Assembly (NCBI GenBank): GCA_965287045.1
Contig: OZ336895.1
Coordinates: 35,526,001 to 35,590,000, forward strand
Direction: 5' to 3'
From: Carcharhinus amblyrhynchos
Taxonomy: Eukaryota
DNA length: 64,000 nucleotides
Shown: positions 51,355 through 63,460 of the stretch, one piece after another
Layout of the letters: each line of letters begins with the position of its first letter
Numbering within the stretch: the stretch's first letter is position 1
Notes under the pieces: model-generated
What the model was told of the DNA's origin: nothing
Seen by the model: only the letters and a program-made list of their open reading frames with translations
The model's database searches: none
Position numbers and translations under genes: made by a program

Positions 51355-51667
51355 CAAAAATTGTGAATCTCTGCTCTGACATTGCACAAATGGCTTTCTG
51401 TCTTTAACCTTCCCATTAATTTCACAGAATTGTCACAGTGCAGAAGGTGATCATTTGCCCCATCATGTCTACACCAGATCTCCAAATGAGCATTATGACT
51501 TAATGCCATTCCCCTGACTTTTTCCTATAACCTTTTCTGGTTAAATAATCATCTCATACTCTTTTGAATGCCTCGATTGTACCTGCCTTCACCACACCAC
51601 AGGCAATGCATTCTGACTAGAAGAACTTGCCTCTTACACCAGCTAGTTACAGAAAATTGGGACTCAT

Positions 51668-51976
51668 CACGGTGGCCACAGTGATTAGCACTGCTGCCTC
51701 TCAGTGCCAGAGACTAACATTCAATTCCCGGCTTAGGTCACTTTCTGTGTGGAGTTTGCACATTCTCCCCATGTCTGCATGGGTATCCTCTGGGTGCTCT
51801 GGTTTCCTCCAACAGTCCAAAAATATGCAGGTTATGTTGATTGCCAATGCTAAATTGACCCTAGGTTCAGGGGGATTAGCAGGGTAAATGCATGGGGTTA
51901 GGGCCTAGGTTGGATTGTTGTCAGTGCAGGCACAATGGGCTGAATGGCCTCCTTCTGCACTGTAAGGATTCTATGA
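51668..51976 (+). mobile_element. HE1-type SINE with CR1-like tail
   Basis: cacggtggccacagtgattagcactgctgcc...gggctgaatggcctccttctgcactgtaaggattctatga. Confidence 0.9.
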
Positions 51977-51987
51977 TAAACAACTAA

Positions 51988-52195
51988 TTTGATGTGATTT
52001 GATTTACTATTCTCGCATGTATTAGGATGCAGTGAAAAGCATTGTTTATTGGGTGCTATAGAGGCAAAACATACCATTCATAGAGTACATAAGGAAGGAG
52101 GAACGAATAGGGCACAGTTACTGATGGGGTGAAGAGAAAGATCAGCTTAATATGTGATAGGCCCATTCAAAAGGCTGATGACAGCAGGGATGAAG
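51988..52195 (-). mobile_element. Rex/Babar LINE 3' tail
   Basis: tttgatgtgatttgatttactatt...cagtgaaaagcattg...ccattcaaaaggctgatgacagcagggatgaag, reverse complement of the 22120-22330 region. Confidence 0.7.
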
Positions 52196-52745
52196 GTAAT
52201 TTAAGAAAATTTAAGCGCCTTTTTTCAAAATAACTGTGATCATCTTTAGTGCAATGCCAATCAACCTTTCCATCCCTGAAGGCAACAATTTAAGCTGTTC
52301 AATTTCTTTCCTGAATGTCATAAATTGTTCTTAAAGGTTTTGATTTGAAGTTACATTTCTCTTACTTTTCCTTCTGTTTCTTTTCATCTCTTAATCTAGG
52401 TTTCCTTTTCCTCTGTTTCCCTTTTTACATCTGATTGTCAAGTCCATTTAGTTCTCAATTTTTAAATCTTATTGAATAAGGAAATACAGACCAGGTGCTG
52501 GAAAATGGGATTAGAATAGGTGCTTGATGGCCGTCGCAGCCATGATGAGCCAATGGGTCTTTTACTGGGCTATAAAACTCTTATGATTCTATTGATTGCT
52601 TCATTCATTAAAGTCGCAGATACTCCACTGTCATCACTAATACGTCATCAGCCTGCATTTTCAGCAATTTGTGGAATAAGTTATATTCGAGGTGAAGTGT
52701 GCAGGAAAAGAGCTAACTAACAGCACATATGTTTACGTTTTTGTA

Positions 52746-53032
52746 GTTTAAATTTATTTATTAGTGTCACAAGTTGGCTTACATTAGCGCGGCAATGAAG
52801 TTACTGTGAACACCCCTGGTTGCCCCACTCTGGTGCCTGTTCGGGTACACTGAGGGAGAATTTAGCATGGGCAATACACCTAACCAGCACATCTTTCAGC
52901 CAGTGGATGGAAACCACAGCACCCAGAGGAAACCCACGCAGATACAGGGAGAACATGCAAACTCCACACAGATGGGAATCGAACCCAGGTCCTTGATGCT
53001 GTGAGGCAACAGTGCTAACCATTGTGCCACCA
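52746..53032 (-). mobile_element. HE1-headed SINE, variant-tail subfamily
   Basis: Same head and tail as 41212-41500. Confidence 0.85.
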
Positions 53033-54792
53033 TTGTGAATTGCACAATTCAAATATTGTGAAAAGTCCCACTTTACTAACTCAGCAGACAGAGCAGTGAC
53101 TTGGTGCAGGCTTCTAACCAGCAATGATGCAGAACACTGGAAGAATGCCAAGAGAAAATTAAATTTAAAAATTGTTTTAAAAATTTACCAGTATAATTTA
53201 AAGTATAATATTACCATAGATTTTCAATTAATTTGCAAGGTGTTGAGGAACGAGTTGAACAAATTGATTGGTTCTTTCAAAAACCCAACAGCAGCATAAT
53301 GGGCTGACTGATAGCTCTGTGCTAGAATATTCTATGAATTCTCTACTTCCCAGGTATTTGAATAATTTTAAATTCTATTTCGACCAATAGGTAAAAAGTA
53401 TTACAATGTAGCAATGTTGACAGCAAGATACGAAGGTGTACATTGTGAGCTAACAATCTCTGAGAATAACCTGGTTAAACTGAAATTAAAAAAAGGAAAA
53501 TGGACAACCTACAACAGAAGGCAAACAGTAAACTATCACAGGCTTAATAAGGTAAGACAAAGGAGAACAGAAAGCAGAGTCTTCATGTGGACAGCAGGTA
53601 GTCCACTTGGCATCACCCCCACACATGTTGACACTACCACTGCTACAATTGCTTACCTCTTCTAAAGGTCAACTTTAACATAGTAATAGTCAAGCTTTAG
53701 AGCAAAAGGTCACCAACCTGTTGACTGCAAGAGAAAAAGGCCTGTGCTGAAAATTCTCTCCTCTACATTAGTAAATTACAAATGAAGAACACAAGAAAGC
53801 TGACATTTCCACCACACATGCCAATGATGAATCACAAACTGCATGATGTCTCAAGTTAGAAATTGTGCTGTGATTATCTCAGAAACTTTCTTTTTGAATT
53901 GATCAAAACCAGTTCAAGTTTCCTACACCTGCTGCACAATTCTATTGGGATGTTCATAACATTGCAAATGCCGAGGCAATAAACATACTCTTTGAGAAAT
54001 AGACAATTTTTTTAAAAAGTGATATCTTTGCAGTTCAGGAAAGTAATCAGCTTAACTGCACTTGGTTAAATATAGTTCCTCAGCACTGACCGCTACCATG
54101 AGTGTGGTACCCAATTTCCTTGTAATAAATTGACTGAGTTCACTTCAGAGGCTTTATCACGTGTGCATAAAGCATCAATAGACACAGCCCTGCAGACCTC
54201 TATACTTCCAAATTCTTCTAATAAAATGTGAACTCTGGGGTTAGAAAGGCAAAGAAATACAAATCTTAACTGTTTTGGAAATGGAAGACTGTCTATCGAT
54301 CACACCTTTGCATGATAATTGAACAATACCATTCTGACATATTAATTTTAGCGTTTATACATTTATGGTTCATTAGTTCATCAATTATCATCATTTGCCA
54401 AGATTAATGCTGTAATTTTGCAATTCTTTGTATTGGTCTTAAAATATCCTATTATTTAAAATAGCTTATCTGTAATTAAATCAGCAGATACTTTATATCC
54501 ATTCTTCATAAATGTGGCTATATACTACTCTTCATGTCTACACTGTTAAGTGTAAATTGCACACTGGAAGCAATGAGGAAATCAGTACATTGAGCACTGG
54601 TTTGAACCAAATACTGGGAATAGCATTAAGTCATTGTAATTTGTGAATGGCACCACAGACAGCTGCTAGGGGTGTGGGATCACTAACTGAGATGCACTTT
54701 GACATCACTCTTTTGTAACAGTGTTAAGGTATGAAATCAGAAACTCCCATTATGAAGCTTGGCTAGAATCCAACTATTTGCTATTTTGGCAT

Positions 54793-55544
54793 TGTGAGGA
54801 TAAGGTGTTTCACTCCAGGTGTGATTCCATTGACGAACTAGGAAACTTTTATCAAAAACAAACTTCATTTAACAATTTAGTTTAACTATAACAAATAAAT
54901 TAGCTTAACAGTTACCAACTGAACAATGCTTAAACATGACAAGATATACTTAACTGTCAACCTATCCCAATGAGTTCCAATTCAAACAATATTCCTCTTA
55001 TAGATTTAAAACCCTGCTTCAAAATCAGTTAGTAAAGCCCTAGGATCAGTTCTAGAGCCTTATAAACATCTCTGGAAAGAGAGATAATGAGAGAGAGAGA
55101 CAGAGAGAAAGAGAAAGAGAAAGAGAGACACTTGTCTTGTGACAGCCCCAAACAGCAGCCTCCAGAGAAAGAGACAGACAGAAAGACACCTCTTGCTGCT
55201 TTTAGGACGAGGCAGAAAGCTGATTTTTATTTTAAAACACAGAAACTGTGCATCTTTGCTGCAAGCTTAGCTCTTCCTATCAGCACATGATTCTGTTCCT
55301 TCTCAACTAACTTAGTTAAAACCCTACCCTGAAACCCCATGGAAATCCAAGTAAACACAAATACATTATCTATGTTTAGGCAAAAACACCATTAGCTAAA
55401 ATCAGTCATTACCCCGCATTCTCAACATTTGAGCTGCCTGTTGCCCAGACAAATTGGCACCATGTAAAATAAAGCTGAACTTTAACATACCTCTTACAAG
55501 AAAGATGATAAAAATATATTTCATAAAGGTACAATATTATCACA
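54793..55544 (-). mobile_element. Solo-LTR-like segment
   Basis: Bounded by TGTGA...TCACA, internal AG-rich tract, layout like the other LTR-like segments; no TSD seen. Confidence 0.45.
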
Positions 55545-55794
55545 TAGATTCACTGCCACATTTATTAGTTTTTGTTTAGACTCCATCCTCAGTGTTCACA
55601 ACCTCAGTCCACTTGGAGTGGATTGACTGAACCATTAAATCCTGACTTATATTTCTTTCAATGGATCACTGAAAATCTTAACTGCAATAAACTCAAGATA
55701 TTGGGGGTGAAATTCAACTCCATCAGGGACATCAAGCCAATGCTATGCAGCCCAAATTTTCCTTTCCCCAAAGTCAGAACTAAATTTTTTAAAA

Positions 55795-56172
55795 ATCTCA
55801 TTCATGGGATGTGGGTGTCACTGACTGGAGCAGCATGTATTGCCAATTCTTAATTATCCTTAAACTGAGTGGCTTACTTGGCTTTTTCAGAGGGTAGTTT
55901 AGTCAACCACACTGCTGTGGGTCTGGATTAACATGTAGGTCAGAGCAGGTAAGGTAGGCAAATTTATTTTCCTAAAGCACATTAGTGAACCAGATGGGTT
56001 TTTACAATAATCAACAATGGTTTCAAGGTCATCATTAGGCTTTTAGTTCCAGCCTTTTTTTTAATTCAATTTAAATTTTACCACCTGCCATGGTGGGATT
56101 CAAACACAGGTCCCCACTGCGCTACCCTGGGTCTGTGGTTCACTGGTCCAGAATACCACTATGTACTGCCTC
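55795..56172 (-). mobile_element. tRNA-headed SINE with second-LINE tail, near full length
   Basis: Minus-strand head gaggcagtacatagtgg...gtgtttgaatcccacc; tail ...aattggcaatacatgctgctccagtcagtgacacccacatcccatgaatga. Confidence 0.75.
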
Positions 56173-56659
56173 TCATCAGCTTGGGCGAGCTAATCCACCA
56201 CTCAAGTTGAATGCTGATCCATAGTTTCTTCAGGACGTTTATAAGTTTGAAAGCTATCTCTTGCCTTTGGTGCCTCCAGCCTTCTTCATGTATCAACATA
56301 TTTTATCTCACCATCTCAACTGAACTGAAACAGAATTCCTGCAACACTTCTGCTAAACAATCTCCAAAAAAACTCAATGTTCTCTTGCTTGAAATATTTA
56401 TTTTCCCAGGCATAATTCTAATTACTTTCATGTGTGATGTGGCACTAATGCTCAAATTGCAACTTTCATTCCAGCCTCTCACTCATCCAGCAAATTCTTA
56501 CTCTCTATTTCACTGATAACACTGTCACCACTAATCCTTTCAATTATTTCCTTTTGTTGTTTCAAAGTCATGCTATATATTCCCTTCCTCTCTTCACGCT
56601 AACTCAATTCTATCACTTCCCTACATGCCTCCCATGCCATCATACAGTTTATTCCCTTC

Positions 56660-56960
56660 AACATTATGCTGCTCTCTGTTGCCAAAACTATGATCCGTAC
56701 TTCCGTTGCCATGACTCCAACCATCTTCTCACTGGTCTCCCATCTCCCAGCCCGCTCACAAATTGTAACTTGGCCAAAACGTAGCTGTTCAGCATCCTGC
56801 ACCAGACAGGCCCCACTTGTCCTCCAGCTCCATTCTCAATGCTCACCAATGACTCTGTGCTTAGATGCACCGACTCCCCAGACTTGCCCCAGAGTTTCTC
56901 TGCCACCTGCTCCAGCCTTGCATCATTCAACCCTCTGACCCTTGCCATTTGTGGGTGCAA
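56660..56960 (+). mobile_element. L2-like LINE RT C-terminal relic
   Basis: DSNHLLTGLP...aaattgtaacttggccaaaacgtagctg resembles L2 DYxNxLLxGLP...KLQLxQNxAA. Confidence 0.55.
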
Positions 56961-56977
56961 CCTCCCCCCCTCCCTTT

Positions 56978-57438
56978 CATAAGAACATAAGAAATAGGAG
57001 CAGGAGTAGGCCATCTAGCCCTTCGAGCCTGCCCCGCTATTCAATAAGGTCATGGCTGATCTGAAGTGGCTCAGTTCCACTTTCCCGCCTTCTCCCCATA
57101 ACCCTTAATCCCCTCGCCTATCAAAAACCTATCTACCCACATCTTAAATATATTTAGCGAGGCAGCCTCCACCACTTCAACGGGCAGAGAATTCCAGAGA
57201 TTCACCACCCTTTGAGTGAAGAAGTTCCTCCTCAACTCCGTTCTAAACTGCCCCCCCTTATCTTGAGGCTGTGCCCTCTAGTCCTACTGTCCTTTCTGAG
57301 CAGGAACAGCCTCTCCACCTCTATCCTATCCACCTCTATCCTATCCATCCCATTCATCATCTTGTACGTCTCAATGAGATCTCCCCTCATCCTTCTAAAC
57401 TCTAACGAGTACAAGCCTAGTTTATTCAGCCTCTCCTC
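56978..57438 (-). mobile_element. Young CR1 3' fragment, same subfamily as 44771-45552, with internal 15-bp tandem duplication
   Basis: Near-identical cataagaacataagaaataggagcaggagtaggccatctagcccttcgagcctgccccgc; DRIEV duplicated. Confidence 0.93.
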
Positions 57439-57672
57439 TGTCGCAAACAGCCTTTCCATTCGCTGTTTGAGAGAGTTTGGTTAAATTGGTGCCATTCTAG
57501 CCTCTCAATCACACAGCTGTATATTTTCCATAAGCAACATCGCCAATAAAAAAAAGTTTATTCATTTGCTGCTATAAGACCTTGCTGTGCCCAAACTGGC
57601 AGTTGCATATGTCTACAAAACAATAGTAGTGCATTTCAAAACAAATGAACTGTTTGTGTAACAATGAGGTTG

Positions 57673-58512
57673 TGTTACGACACAAAGGTGATTTTTCCCC
57701 CTGCGTGATTTTGGGGATACCTTGCCTGGTAATTTTATACCAAAGTGCATGAGGTAATAGGAAGCGACTAGTCTTGGTAAATGAAACAGGGTCTCACACT
57801 CTCTATCATGAGCAATTAGCAAGTCTTTATTTTAAAACTGGTGACAACCTTAAGAAACAATTAACAAACTGAATAAAATCCCAATAGAATGCTGTTCTAA
57901 TATAAGTCCCATTCAGGAATAATAAAATAAATCCTTACGGAATACAGTCACTCTCAAATAATATACCAGGCTTCTGTTGGAAATATGAACATTCTTCTGA
58001 TGCTTCCATCTGGAACATTTGCTGAATTGGTATATTTCTCTTTAGATGGTGATTTTCTGAAGGTATATATCAATTACTTCAGGATTCTATAAGAGAGCCT
58101 CACTTCCCCTCCTTCCGGCTACAGAGATGACAAGCTTACTCCTTAGTTCTTGCTCTGGCAGTTAAAACCATTGGTCTTGGCTTTTATACCTAGAATTACC
58201 TCAGTATTCCTACAAACCAATTGGTTCAGAGCTATTTGAATTCTATTAGTTCTGGATCTCTGAGGGCTTACTTTACCTAGGAGTCCAAGTCAAAAGCCTA
58301 TTTTGCATTGGTGTAAAAATCTGTTGCTGGCTTTCAAAACCAATGTTGCAAATCTCCCTGAACCTGCTGCCCTCAGTCTGCAGTTTAAATTTCAAGCAGG
58401 AAGAGACATGCTTTTTACAGAGACAATGGTATCTGACTTTTTAACATTTCTTTACAATATTTACATTTGTCAAACACCACATTTTTAACCTTACATATGC
58501 AACTTCTCAACA
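57673..58512 (-). mobile_element. Solo-LTR-like segment interrupting a Deu-SINE tail
   Basis: TGTT...AACA ends; minus-strand AATAAA near 57830; SINE tail continues on both sides (gtgcatttcaaaa... and gtcctgaaaatatgaaaagtgc); no clean TSD. Confidence 0.5.
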
Positions 58513-58930
58513 GTGTCCTGAAAATATGAAAAGTGCAAAACAAAATAAATGTTCTTTCTTTCTGTGACTCAGCATCTCTTTCTTCTTTCATTGACCTTCT
58601 TGCTTATTACTGGCTATCTTTTCTCCTTGCTCTGTTAAAGTTCCTCTGCATTGCATGTCTTACATAACTGGAAATTGTTATATTAAAATTGAGACTCCTC
58701 CTCACACATCCACCAAATCTATTTCAATCAGTTTTGTAATCACTACTTCCCAATTTACCTTGCCTTTTTTAAAATGGAATTCACTTCAGTTGTCCTTGCA
58801 CTGTGGCTCATGCTGTTTAATCTCGATTTTCAATTAAAAACAGGATCAAAGCTTCAGTCTCGCAGCAACACTTCTCCAGGTCAGAAAACACACTACTTCA
58901 CTGGAAACAAACTCGAAACAATTCACTCAC

Positions 58931-59051
58931 CTTCGTCACTGGATGCTTCCAATTTGACAACAGACAAAGGAGACCTAGCTGGCGGTTTGCTGAAAGGATG
59001 GCGTCGACTCTTTGTGATCTCCTTCTTCAACTTTGGATAAACTGGAGGCAA
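58931..59051 (-). CDS. KDM4B: KDM4B internal coding exon, 121 nt, phase 0 to phase 1 (not in the ORF track)
   Basis: Acceptor tgatgtttttcag|TTG and donor GACGAAG|gtgagt. Translation [40 protein letters not shown], compared with recalled human [35 protein letters not shown]. Confidence 0.95.
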
Positions 59052-59457
59052 CTGAAAAACATCAAGCAAAAATTAGACGGAAATATCATGGGATATGAAG
59101 CTTGGAATTTTGCCCAATGGTTAACTAAGTAACATGGTAATGAGCCATAATGAATAAGATGACTGTATGGTTGACAGAAACAGATTGTGTTGTACTGAGG
59201 TCAGGGAGGGTAGGTGGGGGAGACTAAAACCAAAAATGACATCCATCTTACGGGAGACCTTGCACATTAGTAATCGTTTCTAGGATCTTCCTGATCACTG
59301 CTCACTCGGCTGTGCATTTTGTCACTCAGCTACTGTGGCAGCTACATTAACCAGTAGTATAACCATCCAATTCGTTTCAACATTGTTATTTCTTGTAAGT
59401 ATTACTTACCAGTTCGGCTTGGCGTATAACATCCCTAGATACAATACTTGCATTAAT

Positions 59458-59682
59458 TGGGGGATCGGTTAGCTCAGCTGACTTTACAGCTGGTTCGTGA
59501 TCCAGAGCAACACCAACAGCATGGGTTCAATTCCATTAACGCTGAGATTATCCATGAAGGCCTTCTCAACCTTGCCCCTCACCTGAGATGTAATAACCCT
59601 CAAGCTAAATCAGTCTGCTCCATTTCAAAAGGGAGAGCAACTTATGGTCTTCTGGGACTGTGATGATATTTCATTTTACTTT
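59458..59682 (+). mobile_element. tRNA-derived SINE (third family)
   Basis: ttagctcagctg...gggttcaattcc...ccttctcaaccttgc...gggactgtgatg...; paralogous to 40950-41188. Confidence 0.75.
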
Positions 59683-59748
59683 CATTAACTGGTATTAATA
59701 TGAGGCTTCTTAATTCAAACCATTTCAAAAGTAGAAACCAATACAGTT

Positions 59749-60023
59749 TAAGGTTTGTTTATCAGTGTCACAAGTTGGCTTACATTAACATTGCAATTAA
59801 GTTACTGTGAAAGTCCTCCAATCACCACGCTTCAGCACCTGTTCAGCTACACAGAGAATTTGGCATGGCCAGTGGACATGTCTTATGTCTGGGGCAAAAC
59901 TGGAGCACCTGAGCATGCAAACACAGGAAAAATGTGCAGACTCCCAGTGACCCAAGCCAGGAATTAAACCTGGATCCCTGGTGCTGAGAGGCAGCAGTGC
60001 TAATCACTGTGCCACCGTGCCAC
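59749..60023 (-). mobile_element. HE1-headed SINE, variant-tail subfamily
   Basis: gtgtcacaagttggcttacattaaca...gaggcagcagtgctaatcactgtgccaccgtgcc. Confidence 0.85.
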
Positions 60024-61264
60024 ACGCAGGTGCGACATTACAGTTTCGGCTTTTACCCAAGGCTATATTCAGATATGTCAGAAAGATTATTCCACCACGT
60101 TTCTAATATGAATATATCTAAACAAAGCACTGCAGTTTATACCAAACAGTGGAAAACTTGTGTGGCCCAAAGATTGAGAAATTTCAGGGAGAAATTAGAT
60201 ATAGCTCTTGGTCTAAAGATATATGGGGGGGAAGAAGAAGAATCAGGATATTGAACTTGAAGGGCAAATGGCCGACTCCTGCTCCTATTTTCTGTGTGCA
60301 ACTCAGCAGAGCTACAACTTTGTTAATGTGAGTCACACACCAAAAAGAGAAATCTTAAAATCAAAAGACAATGTAGTGTAGTCTTCATAATGCTCTTGTA
60401 CTCCTCAAAACCAAGGCAGTATTCTGTGCTACAAACTAGTTACCATAAAGGTGGAGCTCAAATGGGATAATGGATGTCACCAGGTTCAGTTTATCCAAAA
60501 AGGCTATAGCATACATTTTCATTTTGTAAGGACAGTTCTGATGCATGTTCATAAATTTGAAATGTTAACTCTGTTTTCTCTCTTCACAGGTACTGTCTGA
60601 CATCAGTATGTCTAGCATTTTCAGTTTTTTTATGAAGTATACATACATATTCACCATTACACTTGCTCCTCTTACAAGCAGATTGCGTGTGTGTTGGGTA
60701 CAATAGTGATGACATTGGATAGATGAAAGATCAATGTTCTTCTGTCATAGGAAATGAAACAAGGGATGTGATTAGAGGTGTAAACGGCAGAATGATGAAT
60801 AGTGGTAGAGTTTTATTCAGTCCTGGCATATCCTCTGAGAATTAAAGCTCATGGAATAAAAGGAACAGTACAACACGGATATGGAATTGGCTGAGTGGCA
60901 AAAAAAAGGTGAAAAATTGCTTTTCGGAGAAAGGTTTATAGTGAGGTTCTTCAGGAATCAGGGCCCTTACTGATAATTATTAACAAGCTGGACACTGGGA
61001 TACAATTCTTGGAACCTGAAATAATAATCAGGAAACCAATTAGACCCAGTCTACTTTGGTCTTAAAGGGGGCAACATTCCACTATTTCTTGCATATTCTC
61101 TTTCCTTATTCACTCTTCCCAAATGATTAGGCAGGGGATGAGCCCATTGCATCTGGGGTGTCCTGATACCTGCCATCATAGTTTGCCCAGGCTAGCATAA
61201 AGACAGCCAATGAGGACAAACCAAGGCTTTATCTGATGTAATTTTTCAAAGCCATCTCAGCCTT

Positions 61265-61530
61265 TTTTGTTCATTTACTGGTGTCAAAGAAGGCTAACGT
61301 TAACACTGCAATGAAGTTACTGTGAAAATCCCCAGATGCCACACTCCGGCACCTGTTCAGGTACACTGAGAGAAAATTTAATATGGCCAATCTACCTAAA
61401 CAGCACGTCATTCAGACTGTGGGAGGAAACCGGAGCACCCATGCAGACATGGAGACAACATGCAGACTCCACACAGACTGTGACCCAAGCCAAGAATAAA
61501 ACCTGGGTCCCCGGTGCTGTGAGGCAGCAT
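61265..61530 (-). mobile_element. HE1-headed SINE, variant-tail subfamily (5' end clipped)
   Basis: aacactgcaatgaagttactgtgaaaatccc...gggaggaaaccggagcaccc...gaggcagca. Confidence 0.85.
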
Positions 61531-61534
61531 TGCC

Positions 61535-61712
61535 GTTCCTCTTTTAGCTAAGCATTAGATCAAGCCTGAGAAGGGGTATAAAGCCTCATCCTGTCAGCTT
61601 GGATCTTGTTTGAACGAGCCCAAGACAGGAAGCAAAATCTTGTCTTGTCAGCTTGGATCTTGTTTGTCCCTCATGTGGGAACCACGATTGTACTTAAATT
61701 GAATTGGCTTGT
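61535..61712 (+). pseudogene. U2 snRNA-derived sequence (pseudogene or SINE-like), rearranged
   Basis: CTTTTAGCTAAG..AGATCAAG vs U2 CTTTTGGCTAAGATCAAG; TCTTGTCAGCTT vs TCTTATCAGTTT; GTCCC-TCATGT-GGGAAC vs stem IIb GTCCTC-TATCC-GAGGAC; TTAAATTGAATTGG vs TTAAATGGATTTTTGG. Confidence 0.55.
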
Positions 61713-61739
61713 CTGATTAGAAATGAAGTATCAAAAAAA

Positions 61740-62080
61740 TGCATTACATCACACTTCTCCGGATTAAATTCCACTTGACTCTTCCCACCGGACTAAACAT
61801 TAATATCTTACAGCAAACTACAGCTATCTTCCTCACTAGTAAGCACACTGCCAATTTTTGCATTAACTGCTTGCTTCTTAATCATGCCCTCTACATTTAA
61901 TACTAAATGATTATGCATATTATATCACACACACAACAGAAAGAGTAAAACAGTAAGGGACCTGATGTTGACCTCTGCAGAACCCTCTGGAACTAGCTTT
62001 CCTGCCATAAGAGCACTCATTTACCATCCTCCAGGGCTTCCTGTCACTGAGCCCATTTTGCATTCAACTGTTCCTCCCCC
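61740..62080 (-). mobile_element. CR1 RT relic, old
   Basis: catcacacttctccggattaaattcca (FNPEKCDV on minus), ccaatttttgcattaactgc (ADxxKIG-like). Confidence 0.55.
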
Positions 62081-63460
62081 AACTGTGAGATTAGTGAAAA
62101 TAAACAGCACACTGAGTTTATTTAGGGGACTAACTGGATTAGCATCTTAAATTTCAAAAGATTACATAATTATATTTGAGTTTTATTCTGAAACAGCCAG
62201 AATTGCACCTGTCTTTTGTTAAAATAGTTTTCAGAAAAAAGGGTTACCGTGAATGCGGAAGGCAATTCAGCCACCTTAACTCATCCCATCAGAATGATTC
62301 TAAACTTCCTGATTGTAAAATTCAAATGCTGCTGATCTGATCCCATTCGCATTTATTCCACTGGTCTGTCTGGAGATTTATTCCATACAATATCCATTGT
62401 GTGTGTAGGTATTTCCAGATATCAGACCTGAAATTATAGCTCATGATTTTGAGCCTAAATAGCTGTACTCCTTCAGTAAGAAGTGAATCGTACATCAATT
62501 GCATTCCAGTCTGCTGTTACAAATGAGAAAAGTAACTTCCATTTACATAGCAAATATCCCAAGGCACTTTACAGATATAAATACACCAGAAGGAGAAGCA
62601 GGAAGGGTAGCCAAAGGATGAATCAAAGATGAGTTTTAAGGATGTATTTTTTTTTGTGACGGAGTCTGATGCGAAAGGTTATGGAGACAGGAGCAGAATG
62701 GGATTCAGTCAGTGAAAGGTTTGCCTGCAGCAGTACAGGAAAGGGAGATGAAGCATTTAAAATCAAGGAAAAAGAATTTTAACTTTTGACGTTTTTAGGA
62801 CATATAAAAATTAATAAATAGAAAGCCCCTTATTATTGTTTGGCCCAGTTAGTAGGTCTCTTGCTTTTGGATCAGAAGGTTGTGGGTTTGACCTCTTTGC
62901 TGAGGGAATGCTACTCTGTTGGTTTTGGACTCCTTCAGGTGAGGGATTGAACTGAGAATGTGCATGTTACTGGGTCCATACACAGATAGAATTCCTTGCA
63001 GTTTTTCAAATAGTACTACAGGATGAGCCAATGTCCATCTGAATCTGTAGTGCAAGACAGGTTCTCAGTTCAATCCTGCAACTGGGGCAAGCATCATCTA
63101 ACAGTGCAGCACAGCCATTAGTTGTGAACCCAAACCACAATGACCTGCTCCAGTGAGGAGCTAGGAAAGAAAACCCTATGTACTCAAATACTTTGTTCTA
63201 ATGTCCCTGATTTTTCTTTTCTCCAAGATCTTACTGAATCATTCAGAATCATCTGATAATTACTGTTCAAAAACAGACTGTTCACATTGACTTTCTTAGA
63301 CACACTGATAGCTTTTCAGTGTATCCAAATGCTACAGGAGTGCACGTGCCAATTAGATTAATTGTTTTTGGCTTGATAGTGACACTTCCAAGATTTTCAA
63401 CCTTAAAATCTAAATTAGTTGTAAAAAAAATGAATGGCAGAAATCCATTTGCTGCTATAC

